From contig OZ025716.1 in NCBI GenBank assembly GCA_964019335.1, positions 1 to 64,000 on the forward strand: 64,000 nt of DNA, given 5' to 3'. Both the position numbers and the translations under genes were made by a program. How positions within the stretch are numbered: the first letter of the stretch is position 1; every line of letters starts with the position of its first letter. Below the pieces are notes generated by a model. The model had not been told where the DNA came from and searched no databases. It saw only the letters and a list, made by a program, of their open reading frames with translations. Source of the stretch: Diplonema japonicum (lineage: Eukaryota > Protista > Euglenozoa: Diplonemea). Shown here in pieces: positions 34,344 through 44,700 of this stretch.

Positions 34344-34837
34344 GAAAAGAACAAAATTCAAAAATAACGAAAGCACTTGAAGATAAAAAAAAAAAAAAAA
34401 AAAAAAGAAACGACGGAAAAAATAAAAATAGAACAAGAAGGTACGGAAGCTGTGCTGTTCGCAGCCCCATTTCGTCTTTCCGCACTTTCATTGTTATATT
34501 GATTTTGTCCATATTTCCCTTCCCCCCCTTTTTTCTTTCTATACCATGAGAGTACATACCTACGGACGAAAGAACCCGTTTCCCCTATGAACTGTGCTTG
34601 GTGCTTTAAGACATGAACACAGCGGTGAATGGTCGTCAAAATATAGCTCTTTTATACCCCCTTCAAAAAAAAAACAGCGGTAATTTTTAACAAAAAAGTT
34701 TGGTTTAGGTTTTAACCCCTTCCGCCCCCCTTCCCCCTTCTCCACTAATGACCATGAACTAAACCAAAATGAATCCTCGACAGCACCTTTGTATTCTTTA
34801 TGCAATAAAAGGGCAAATCATTTCTATTTTATTTTTT

Positions 34838-34875
34838 ACCAACGATTCTAAAGCTACAGTTTCTGTACTTTATTG
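34838..34875 (+). other. Genomic copy of the spliced-leader exon (38 of 39 nt) forming the 5' end of LINE family B
   Basis: ACCAACGATTCTAAAGCTACAGTTTCTGTACTTTATTG contains the conserved euglenozoan SL block CAGTTTCTGTACTWTATTG and closely matches the diplonemid SL as I recall it. Confidence 0.9.
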
Positions 34876-35087
34876 GTGTCCGACCGTGCCAATAAAGTTC
34901 ACACAGCAACGGTTTGAAAAGAAAATACAAATATTGGAAGTTGAAGCGCGACACAGATCAGCAACGTAAAGGAGAAGAGAAGAGAAGAGAAGAGAAGAGA
35001 AGAAAAATCGAGTCATATCAGATCATATCAGATCATATCAGATCACAGCAAACACATTGACAATCTAAGCAACCGCGTCAGTCTAAG

Positions 35088-37331
35088 ATGGACGTTCACA
35101 AAGCTTTGAAGGGGTACGGGATGACAGCCCGCGGGAAGGGGTACGGGATTGGAAACGGAAACTCCTTCTACGGAGTGGTCGGAGAGAAGACGGGAAAGAA
35201 GGGGAGCGACGTTAGGCGCCGCATGATACAAGAGCTGCGAGGAAGCGAGGAGTACCGGGCGAGTGTCATCGGAGACTACGACCTGTACTGCTCCCAGCAC
35301 GCCAGGGAGGGGACCGCCGCGGACCCGGTTACCATCCAAGCCACCGCCCGCGCACTGAAGACCGACATCCACCTGATTACGGCCGACGACGGCGCCCTCA
35401 TCGTCTCCCCTATCGTGGGAGAGTCCAAGTCCAAGAAGCAGCCCATCCACGTCGCCTTCGACGGCCGGGCATACCTCAACGCCACGGAGCCGTTCAACGT
35501 GAACGTGCTGAAGAAAGCTATGCAGCAGTTCAAGCTGCCACGGGTCGGGATTCCAACCTCAGACGGAGAGGCGAAGGCATGGAGGGGACCGAACAGCAAG
35601 CCACCACGGAAGGAACCGCAGGCAAAGAAATGCTGGCTCCTCGAGCAGGGACAGTTCGACCTACCCTTCATAGAGTGGGAAGAGCTGGTGGCAGGGAAAG
35701 ATGGCATAGCCATCGCGACCGAGGTCAACGTGGAGGAGGCAGAAAAGATGCCCTGGGACGGGAACAAGGCAGTCCTCCTCAAACGCAACGGCAAGGGTCG
35801 ATACGAACACGACGTCGTGCTCAAGGCGGCTGGAGAGTACTCGAACAGGACAATGTTCTTGCACGTACTGAGCGGAAAGATCTCGCGCTCTCAAAAAAAC
35901 AAAAACACGGTGGGTATTGACCTGGCCGCGATGTACACGCGGGTAGCTTTCGTCGTCTCGAAGACGCACACCCCAGCCCAGACTTGGGAGAGGGTGACCT
36001 CCGAACCCCGCAAGCTGGTCCAGGAGATGCTGGGCTGTAAGACGATCCACAGGATCGACAAGTACGTGGATGGACCGGCCCCAAGGGTTGACGTGCTCGT
36101 CACGATCGCAACCGAGAACCGCCGCCGCCTCGTAAGTGCATCCGGGAAGATGGGGATCTTCGTCAAGCCGAAGGACGTGGAGAAGTCCCCTGTCGCCTGG
36201 CTCCCGAAGGAGATCACTCTGGAAGAGGCACTCGAGCTGGCGGAGACTGAGAAGCAGGGGTTAGCGCTGCGCGAATCCGACGGCCGTCTCGGGGTGAGGA
36301 CATCGGAGGAGAGGAAAACCACGCTCCTCGACAAGGTATTAGGCGAGGAGGAGCGACAACGCGGGCAGCATGGGGAGCCCAGGTGGCGTTTGTCGGGACT
36401 GTACGGGCAGTGCGGAGCCGAACACGTTGAGGCGATACTCGAGGCGATTAAGTGGGAGGCCGTCCCACTACACGGCGGATGGTGCAACAGCATGAGGTGC
36501 TGGTACATCCGAGGGGGCGAACCCCCAACCACGTCACTGAAGATCACGTCCCCAACTGGGCGGGTCCTCAACTGCAGGATAGCTCCCGACGTTAGAAACC
36601 CACCCACCAAAAAGACACCGCCAGCTCAGTCCTGGGGAAGGCCGAAAACGGGGACCACAAACAACGCGGGCAAGTCGTACCTCGGAGCAGTGACGGGGTC
36701 CTCTCAACCAGACCACAAACCACCAGCTGCAGGAAAGAAGGTTGCCCCTACGGGTAAAGCCGCCCCACCGAAGTCCGGTAAGTCGCCCACAACATCGAAG
36801 AAAGCCGATCCCCCGGCCTTTGAGGACCGCCTCACAGCAATCGAAAACGCACTTCGTAAACTTGCAGGGGAACCGGTCAGCGACGTCAAGCCGCCGGCTG
36901 AGGTGGTCAGTCTACGGAGGGAGAACGCGGAGCTACGGGAGGAGGTCCGGCAGATGCACATCCAGATGGCCGCGCTCACCGAGCAAATTAAGAGACTCAC
37001 GGAAGCGACGCTCTCGAAGCCCGTCCCCGGGAACCGGGCCCCGATGATGCGCCCTGCTGCCGGGGAGGAGATGATGGACGACTCCGAAGATGACTTGGGT
37101 CCCCCCCCAACTGACGATGACACCGACATCGACCTGGACGAGGGCCCCGCCGACATTGACGACTGCCTGGGCAAGGGCATCTGCCACGTCTACAACGGGA
37201 CATATCAATGCTGGAAGGGTGTATGCCACTACTGCGGCGGGAACATCACAAAGAACAACCCAGCACAGACCTGCATATTACCAGACTGCAAAAGGGTAAA
37301 ATGCCGCGGGTGCGAACAATGCGAACAATGA
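35088..37331 (+). CDS. LINE family B ORF1: pseudo-OTU domain, conserved core, coiled coil, Cys-rich Zn finger
   Basis: 747 aa. GNGNSFYGVV...IHVAFDGRAY (OTU-like); SLRRENAELREEVRQM (coiled coil); terminal CxxC motifs. Confidence 0.87.
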   Translation: MDVHKALKGYGMTARGKGYGIGNGNSFYGVVGEKTGKKGSDVRRRMIQELRGSEEYRASVIGDYDLYCSQHAREGTAADPVTIQATARALKTDIHLITADDGALIVSPIVGESKSKKQPIHVAFDGRAYLNATEPFNVNVLKKAMQQFKLPRVGIPTSDGEAKAWRGPNSKPPRKEPQAKKCWLLEQGQFDLPFIEWEELVAGKDGIAIATEVNVEEAEKMPWDGNKAVLLKRNGKGRYEHDVVLKAAGEYSNRTMFLHVLSGKISRSQKNKNTVGIDLAAMYTRVAFVVSKTHTPAQTWERVTSEPRKLVQEMLGCKTIHRIDKYVDGPAPRVDVLVTIATENRRRLVSASGKMGIFVKPKDVEKSPVAWLPKEITLEEALELAETEKQGLALRESDGRLGVRTSEERKTTLLDKVLGEEERQRGQHGEPRWRLSGLYGQCGAEHVEAILEAIKWEAVPLHGGWCNSMRCWYIRGGEPPTTSLKITSPTGRVLNCRIAPDVRNPPTKKTPPAQSWGRPKTGTTNNAGKSYLGAVTGSSQPDHKPPAAGKKVAPTGKAAPPKSGKSPTTSKKADPPAFEDRLTAIENALRKLAGEPVSDVKPPAEVVSLRRENAELREEVRQMHIQMAALTEQIKRLTEATLSKPVPGNRAPMMRPAAGEEMMDDSEDDLGPPPTDDDTDIDLDEGPADIDDCLGKGICHVYNGTYQCWKGVCHYCGGNITKNNPAQTCILPDCKRVKCRGCEQCEQ

Positions 37332-37424
37332 CTCCATGAGGGCTCCCCCCAAACCCACCCCCCAAACCCATTCCCTCCGCCCCGTTCCCATCCTTCCAAA
37401 TACAATCCGATACGCTTATCTGAC

Positions 37425-40400
37425 ATGAAATTTGAACGTCTCACCGAACAGGGTATCGAACCCCACCCCGGACCAGAGCCAGAACACGAGAAATTCACCA
37501 TTTTCACACACAACGGCTCATCACTTAACAACAGGCTGAGCGAGTACTCCACCGTCCTCCCGGACGCATTCTGCATCCAGGAGACAGCCCTCACGGCTCA
37601 GACGCAGCTGGAAATCGAACACGTGCTGAGAGACGATGACTGGGGCAAACGATACGCCAGATTCTGGAGCAAGCCACAGCCAGGCAGGGAGTCCAGTGGT
37701 GTCACATCTCTGACGATAGCGAAACGGGGTGGTCTAGGAACCCTGGTGAAAAAACCACGTACGGCGGTGCGCTGTGAAACGAATGGGCCGCACAGGGACA
37801 GGTGGTCACACGTGAAGATCTCACTCGATGGAAGCAAACGGTGGCTTCACCTGATCAACGTCTACTGCCACTCGGGTCAGGACCAAGCCAAGACGAAATA
37901 CCGTGAAGAGCTTCTCCACTACATCCTTTGCCGTCTTAAGTTCGAACTGGGAGACGTGCCTGTGGCCGTGGTGGGCGATTTCAACACGGACGAAGTACGA
38001 TCCCCCACGTTAAGGAAAGCTATACAGACAGACTGGGTAGACGCCGCTGCGTTCTGTGCAAGAAGGGATGGTGTACAGGCGGAGGACACGTTCGTTAGGA
38101 CCAACTGCAGCACGAGGATTGACAGGGTCCTGCTGAATAACATCGCGGCCCAAGGTCTCGAACATTGCGGAGTAAGCGATATGATCACCGGGTCGGACCA
38201 CCGATGCTTGTCGGTGACACTCAACATCCCAGCTTTTCGTCAAGAAGTCCTGAGGTACACCATCCCACAGGAGATACCGAAGACCAAGAAGGCGCCTGGC
38301 GAGGTGGCGAAGGCACTGATGCAGAAGTCGAGGTACCGGGAGTTCATAGCAGCACAGGAGCCCACCGAAGCTTTCTCGGAGATATCAGACCTCGCAGAGG
38401 AGTACCTATTACATGGGTACAAGGGGCCGACGCGCAGCGTGTACACCGGGAGAGGCAAAGTACGGGAACCTACGAAATCGGAGCTAAGTGCGAGGTCGGC
38501 GGAGTCGGCGGTCGGAGCGGCATCGAACAGACAACAAAGACTGGAAAAGCTGAAGCACAAGATCCGCAGTGCGCAACAGCAAATGCTAAGGCTTTATGAA
38601 AACGGACACTGCGGTCCGCTGCCGGTAGAGTTACGGAACGTCCTCAGAAATATTGCGACACTAGGAGAAGAACTGAAGGTTGACAACTGCCAGGTGGACG
38701 CGACAGGGGGTATCGACGGCATCAGGGAGGAGCTGGACATAGCAGAGGACTTCGCTCAGGGAATGCTATCAGAGCTACTCCAATACCGCAAGAGAATGCA
38801 GACGAAGGCCTACGAACGCTCAGTCCGTGCTGACTTTGGGAAAGAACGCAAGCACATCACAGCCTGGGTCAGAGACCGCCCAAACCAGAGAACGGACGTG
38901 GTTGAGGTAGCAGACGGGGGGGTGACGGCGAACCTACAGGAAATGGACAAGGTGATGCGGAACGCGTGGTCGGGCGTCTTCTGTGCGCGAACACTCGAGG
39001 AAGAGCCACAGTATGAGCGGTTTGCACAACGTTACGGGGACCTGATCAAGAAAGCCCCAATGGCACGGACTCCCATCACAGCAGAACAGCTGAGGGAAGT
39101 GATCAGGAAGAAGCCGGAGAAAGGAGCATGTGGCGTGGACGGTTGGCGGATGAGTGAACTGAAGCGTCTCCCAACGAGCATCCTGAAGGCTTTCGCAGAC
39201 CTCTTCAACCTGATCGAGGAAACAGGCCAGTGGCCGAGACAGATCACGACAGCACTGGTGTCCCTGATTCCGAAGGGTGAGGGGTCAGCACCACTGAATC
39301 ATCGTCCCATCACAGTGACCAGCACCATCTACCGCTTGTGGGCGTGTACGAGGCTGAAGGGTGTCCTTGACTGGCAAGAACGCTGGATCACGCCGAGACA
39401 GCACGGGTTTCGACCCAAACACAGTACGACAACTGCCCTCATGGAGTTATGTACCAAGCTGGAACTAGCTCTGGTGGAAGGAGAACCGCTGGAAGGACTA
39501 GCCCTAGACTTTCGAAAATGCTTCGATCTAGTGCCACAACGGCTGTCTCTCGACCTCATGGACGCCCTGGGGATGGACCAATCCATAGGGAGAGCACTCC
39601 AAGGGATGTACACCCAAATCACAAGGAGGTTCAAGTACCCCATAGGAGTGGGAGAAACATTTGAGACAACGAACGGCATTCTCCAAGGATGCCCCCTGTC
39701 AGTCATCGTCGTCAACGCCCTGTTGTCCATCATGGTGCGGGCAGTCGAGCAAGTCGCGCCAGACGCCGAAGTGCTAGCCTACGCTGACGACGCATACCTG
39801 CTGGCAAAGCTGCGTGGCTCACTACAAGCTGCGGTCAATGGGACATTGGAGTTCTGCGACCTGACGGGGATGGAAATCAACAAGGAGAAGACTGTTGGTT
39901 TCGGCACTGCTGAAGATTTCAAGTCGAAAGTCATAGGAAACCGAACGGAGATGAGGAAAGGCTTGGAGGTCGCGGTACCCTACAAGACGGTGACAGACCT
40001 CTGCGGACTGGGGGTGAAGATCAACACACGCAGGACAGGAACGACGTGGAACAAACCGACCACGGGGGCGCTTGGCTCGCTGGACCGACTGGGGGGCACA
40101 AGGATTGCTTTCGAAACCAAAGCACACTTGGTCAGCACGACGGTCCTGCCATCTTGCCTATACAGTGGGCCGTTCTCCCCTCCATGTGATGAGGCACTCA
40201 AGAAGCTAACGACGAAGATCACTTGTAACCTGTGGGGCCCTCATCACCGTGGACGGTCGCCCACCGCGGTAAACACAGTCCTGCTGAAGGGGCACACCAA
40301 TGACCCCCTTTCCTACGTAATGTACCACTCCCTGAAGGTAGTATCCGGAGCACTCGATGACAGTCGGCTACGGCAGAGATGCATGCAGATCGCTGCGGGG

Positions 40401-41618
40401 TATGACGCGGGTTCCATCCAGATGGGGCCGGTTGGCAACCTGGTCTGCCGGTGGCTTCCCCGAATAGGATGGAGTTGGGCGCAGCTACTAGGTTGCAACA
40501 CATCTTGGGCCGAACGCGGACACATCTTTAGAGAGGTGGTGAGGAAGGCCCGAAGTAGGACGCTGGCGGTCGAGAGGAGCACGATAAGCGGGATAGAGCC
40601 GGGGGCGGACCCCAAGACGAACCGATTATGGAGGACGGCCAAGGACCCGCTCATGTCCTACAGCCTGAGACGAGTGATCGCAGGAGGGGTTCCCTACCTA
40701 AACCCGCACGCAAATGCGAAGCGAAAGAGCGTCCCACTGGCGCCTGAAGGTGACGACAACGGTGACGACGAGGAGAACATGGGCCAGGCACCAACGACGG
40801 AGGTATCGCACACGCAAGGATTCAGATGCGACCTGTGCAAGTCTCCACACCCGGACACGGTGACCTTACTCCGCCATCAGCTGTATGAGTGCGCCTGTGC
40901 ACAAGAGGAACTGGCACTAGACGGAATGGAGCCGTTGCGCAACAGATCAGGATGGCCCCTATGTCTGGAGCTGCACGCGATACTGCCGAGGGGGCATGTC
41001 TTCGCACACCTGGAGAAGCTGCAGCGATACATGGCTGTGGTGGTCGGGAAACGGGATGTGGAGCTCATGCAAATAGACAACGCCAGCACACAGCCGCTGC
41101 CGTGGGTACGCAATGTGGAGGGAAGGAGATGCCTCGTGCCAACGGCGGGGGAGCTCGAAGGAGTGGGAGGAATCGTCGCAGAATTCCTGAACCCGCTGCT
41201 GCAGTGGTTGTCACAGCTACGATGGGTGAAGGAGGACACCAGCTCTGAAGTGTCAGCGGTGGAATTGGCCATCGACTTCGAATGGACGACAGGCAAGTTA
41301 CTGGGGGGTCTGCTGGAAGATAGGGCTCGCAAGATCAAAGCACTGATAAGAAAGCTGAACGCGGCATGCAGGGCACGGAAGAAGCCACGCCCCTTCCCAG
41401 CAGATGAACAGAAGAGAGTGAAGTCCCTCATCGCAATAGGTGGGAAGACGGCTATGGGTTTCGCCAGGAGGCCCATCTTCGCCACCCACACCACTCACGA
41501 CAAGCTGATGGAACTGAAAGCCGCTTACAAGCGAGACCGCATCACACGACTCCGCAAGACGCTCAAGGCCTCGATTGGAACGAAAGCAATGCTCCAGAAG
41601 GGGAGTATAAAAAGATAA
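37425..41618 (+). CDS. LINE family B ORF2: 2A-like motif, APE, RT, CCHC knuckle (frame open from 37332)
   Basis: APE motifs IQET, GDFN, RIDR and SDH. RT motifs LDFRKCFD, GILQGCPLS and YADD. C-terminal CDLC..HQLYEC. Confidence 0.93.
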   Translation: MKFERLTEQGIEPHPGPEPEHEKFTIFTHNGSSLNNRLSEYSTVLPDAFCIQETALTAQTQLEIEHVLRDDDWGKRYARFWSKPQPGRESSGVTSLTIAKRGGLGTLVKKPRTAVRCETNGPHRDRWSHVKISLDGSKRWLHLINVYCHSGQDQAKTKYREELLHYILCRLKFELGDVPVAVVGDFNTDEVRSPTLRKAIQTDWVDAAAFCARRDGVQAEDTFVRTNCSTRIDRVLLNNIAAQGLEHCGVSDMITGSDHRCLSVTLNIPAFRQEVLRYTIPQEIPKTKKAPGEVAKALMQKSRYREFIAAQEPTEAFSEISDLAEEYLLHGYKGPTRSVYTGRGKVREPTKSELSARSAESAVGAASNRQQRLEKLKHKIRSAQQQMLRLYENGHCGPLPVELRNVLRNIATLGEELKVDNCQVDATGGIDGIREELDIAEDFAQGMLSELLQYRKRMQTKAYERSVRADFGKERKHITAWVRDRPNQRTDVVEVADGGVTANLQEMDKVMRNAWSGVFCARTLEEEPQYERFAQRYGDLIKKAPMARTPITAEQLREVIRKKPEKGACGVDGWRMSELKRLPTSILKAFADLFNLIEETGQWPRQITTALVSLIPKGEGSAPLNHRPITVTSTIYRLWACTRLKGVLDWQERWITPRQHGFRPKHSTTTALMELCTKLELALVEGEPLEGLALDFRKCFDLVPQRLSLDLMDALGMDQSIGRALQGMYTQITRRFKYPIGVGETFETTNGILQGCPLSVIVVNALLSIMVRAVEQVAPDAEVLAYADDAYLLAKLRGSLQAAVNGTLEFCDLTGMEINKEKTVGFGTAEDFKSKVIGNRTEMRKGLEVAVPYKTVTDLCGLGVKINTRRTGTTWNKPTTGALGSLDRLGGTRIAFETKAHLVSTTVLPSCLYSGPFSPPCDEALKKLTTKITCNLWGPHHRGRSPTAVNTVLLKGHTNDPLSYVMYHSLKVVSGALDDSRLRQRCMQIAAGYDAGSIQMGPVGNLVCRWLPRIGWSWAQLLGCNTSWAERGHIFREVVRKARSRTLAVERSTISGIEPGADPKTNRLWRTAKDPLMSYSLRRVIAGGVPYLNPHANAKRKSVPLAPEGDDNGDDEENMGQAPTTEVSHTQGFRCDLCKSPHPDTVTLLRHQLYECACAQEELALDGMEPLRNRSGWPLCLELHAILPRGHVFAHLEKLQRYMAVVVGKRDVELMQIDNASTQPLPWVRNVEGRRCLVPTAGELEGVGGIVAEFLNPLLQWLSQLRWVKEDTSSEVSAVELAIDFEWTTGKLLGGLLEDRARKIKALIRKLNAACRARKKPRPFPADEQKRVKSLIAIGGKTAMGFARRPIFATHTTHDKLMELKAAYKRDRITRLRKTLKASIGTKAMLQKGSIKR

Positions 41619-41741
41619 CCCCCCCTAACCCACCCAAGGGCGGCCCTCCATGAGGGGGTTTGTCCTGCACTTTGAGTTTTTTTTTTTGAAACCTTTTGTA
41701 GCCCCCCCTTTTTTTGATCTTTTCTACTCTCAACTCTTTTC

Positions 41742-41774
<33 letters not shown>

Positions 41775-41786
41775 TGCAAAGTGAGA

Positions 41787-44700
41787 ATGAGCGCCATCAG
41801 GGCACTGCTTGTTGCCCTGCTGTTCCCCCTTCATGCTTGGGCAGCCACCATCACCTTGCGTGTCACTACGAGCACGATTGCCGACAGCGATTCACCTCAC
41901 ACCTTCACCCCAACTGTACACTCTTCGTCTGCAAGCTGCACTGCTACATCCATCTCAAATCCAAGTAATGGCGATGTGAACACTGTGACTGCATCGTGCT
42001 CCTTCGCAGCGGCTGATATCTCTCAGGTGAGGATACCCAACAGCGGTCCTGACGGTTGGTACATAGCTAAAGCTGAGCTCCAGATCAATGGGGCGCGGAT
42101 GCGGCTGTGGGCTGTGAACCTGTCCCCTCCTGCCTTCGAGACTTGGATTGACGATGACCCGGCCAAGCCCGATCACGCCACAGGGATCTGGGAGATGCTC
42201 CCCTTGAGGATGCACTTCACCACCCAGTCTATCACCAACGCCGAGTCCGTCTCCACCTTCACCCCAAGCTTCATCTCCACAAGCAGTGCCACCTGTGCAG
42301 GGACATCCATTGCCGCCCCTGCACAGGGGGCAAGTTACTGGAGTGTTGCCGGTTGCTGGGCACTGTCCACCCTTGCGCGTGTTGAGATCACTTCCCCCAG
42401 TTCTGACTCTTGGGAAGTGCAAAAGGCCTCCATCGACAGGGGGGGTGGCACACTTGAGCAGTGGGTGGCCACCAACCAGGCCCCTCCCTCGCTGACACCC
42501 ATCATCGACGATGACGACCTTACAGAGTACAAGAAGGCCGTCCTGCAGGCACCGAACATCAAGGTCCGCATTGTCACAGCAGCCGCTCCGTCCAGTGCTA
42601 GTTCTGTCTACACATATGCACCGAAGTTCATCTCGAAGACAAGTGTCGTCTGTGATGGGTCAAGGGTTGTAGCGCCAGGACTGGGGAGCAGCATCCTGTC
42701 TCTGGGTGTGTGCTCCTTCCCTCCTGAGGACCTTGAGCGGGTGGAGATATCTCAGCAAGGTAATGACGGCTGGGACATCTCTGAGCTGTATGTTGAAGTG
42801 GCTTCTGTTGAGCAGCAATGGTGGGCCATCAATGAGTCACCTGCGGCACGTAGCACTGTTGTGGATGGGGATGGTGCCACTCGGTACCTCAAGGCTATCT
42901 TTGCCTCTCTCATCACACCAGCTCCTGCAACTCCGGCACCGGCAACACCTGCGCCGGCGACACCGTCTCCAGCTACGCCTGCCCCATCAACACCTGCACC
43001 TGTGACGCCCGCACCAGCAACACCAGCACCTGCAACGCCCGCCCCTGTAACTCCCGCACCTGCAACATCAGCACCTTCAACACCAGCTCCAGCCACGCCA
43101 GCCCCTTTAACATCAGCACCAGTAACTCCGTCCCCAGATACACCTGCTCCTGCAACTCCCGCACCTGCAACATCCGCGCCTTCAACATCAGCACCAGCAA
43201 CATCCGCACCTGCTACCCCCTCTCCAACAACGCCTGCCCCGGCAACACCATCACCAGCTACTCCTGTGCCCGTGACATCTGCCCCAGCAACACCAGCACC
43301 TTCAACAACAGTACCAGCTACACCCTCTCCAGCAACGCCTGCACCAGCAACATCCGCTCCTGCAACCGGAATACCTGGCATCCCTCCGACACTGGCGCCT
43401 CCAACTGCAACCCCAACAAACCCTCCTGACACACAGGCTCCTGCGACCTCTGCTCCTTCGACACCTGCCCCATCAACACCAGCACCCTCCACTCCTGCAC
43501 CATCAACACCAGCACCTTCGACACCTGCCCCGGCAACACCAGCACCTGCAACTGGAATACCTGGCGTCCCTCCGACTCTGGCGCCTCCAACTGCAACCCC
43601 AACAAACCCTCCTGACACACAGGCTCCTGCGACCTCTGCTCCTTCCACACCTGCACCTGCAACATCAGCACCCTCTACTCTTGTTCCGGTAACACCTTCT
43701 CCAGCAACACCTTCTCCTGCTACAACTGCTCCGTCAACTCCTTCACCAGCCACTCCTTCACCCTCCACTCCTTCGCCCTCCACTCCTGTCCCAGTAACTC
43801 CTTCTCCAGCAACACCAGTTCCAGTGACCCCGGTACCTTCCACCCCCAGCCCTGCAACTGCAGTTCCGTCAACCCCAGCACCCGTCACAGCGGCTCCCCA
43901 TACCCCTGCGACCCTTGCTCCTGCAACTCTGTCCCCTGCTACCTTCGTCCCTGACACAATGTCGCCGCCAACAGCGTCCCCAGCCACACTTGTTCCGACA
44001 ACCTCTGTCCCCACGAGCCCACCAGCAACCACCACTCCCGAAACCTTTTCCCCTGCGACCCAACCCCCAGCAACAGGCTCACCACCCACCGTGCCCCCCG
44101 CCACACCAGCACCCTCGATGCTGACACCCACCACGGGTATCCCTGCCACAGACACACCCGAGACACCAGCACCCGAGTTTGGAACAGGGGAAACGATCTC
44201 ATCTGTGGGGACTGTTGCGACTGGGGCGGCGGCCCTCGGGGCGGCAGGTGGGGCAGGGGCGGCGACACGGCTCGTCCTCGTCTCCGGGGCCTGCACTGGG
44301 AACGGGGCCGACCGTCGCTTCCCCTTCCCCTTGCACCCCACAGGGATAAAGGTTGGGGGGAGTGAGGCTGCTGGGGCTGTGGTTGGAAACTTCGGGATCA
44401 TGGTTGGGTTCACACTGCTGATGCGTGGGGTGCTTGAGGTCCTGCAGAGGGCACGAATGAAGTTCTTATCCCGTGTGATGGAGGGGGCGGACACCCAAGG
44501 GCTTCTTCGCTTCCCTTCTGTTCCCTTGTTCGTGTTCACATGGCTGTACCAAGGGACGGCCTTGGGTGGGATGGCCTTGGTGATGCATCCACAAGGAGCA
44601 GGGAGTGTGGTTGGTGGCCTCGTCACTCTTTTGGCTTGTGTGGTTGCCCCAGTCTCCCTGTTCCGTGTGGTGGTTCGGGATATCCCTTCGAAGGCAGTGT

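Larger units (their letters stand above)
34838..41687 (+). mobile_element. Full-length APE-type non-LTR retrotransposon, family B
   Basis: SL at the 5' end; 5' UTR with (AGAAG)n and (GATCATATCA)n; intact ORF1 and ORF2. The 3' end GTCCTGCACTTTGAG(T)11 is shared with the relic at 53531-53681. Confidence 0.92.

Noticed and set aside
34838-34960. A bona fide SL RNA gene
   Set aside because: It is single, lacks the first nucleotide, has no nearby T-tract terminator or tandem array, and runs directly into the LINE 5' UTR. It is treated as part of the element.
41619-41690. SECIS element implying selenocysteine at the ORF1 UGA
   Set aside because: ATGA..GA is present, but the helix-II length and apical AA do not fit, and family A has no equivalent.
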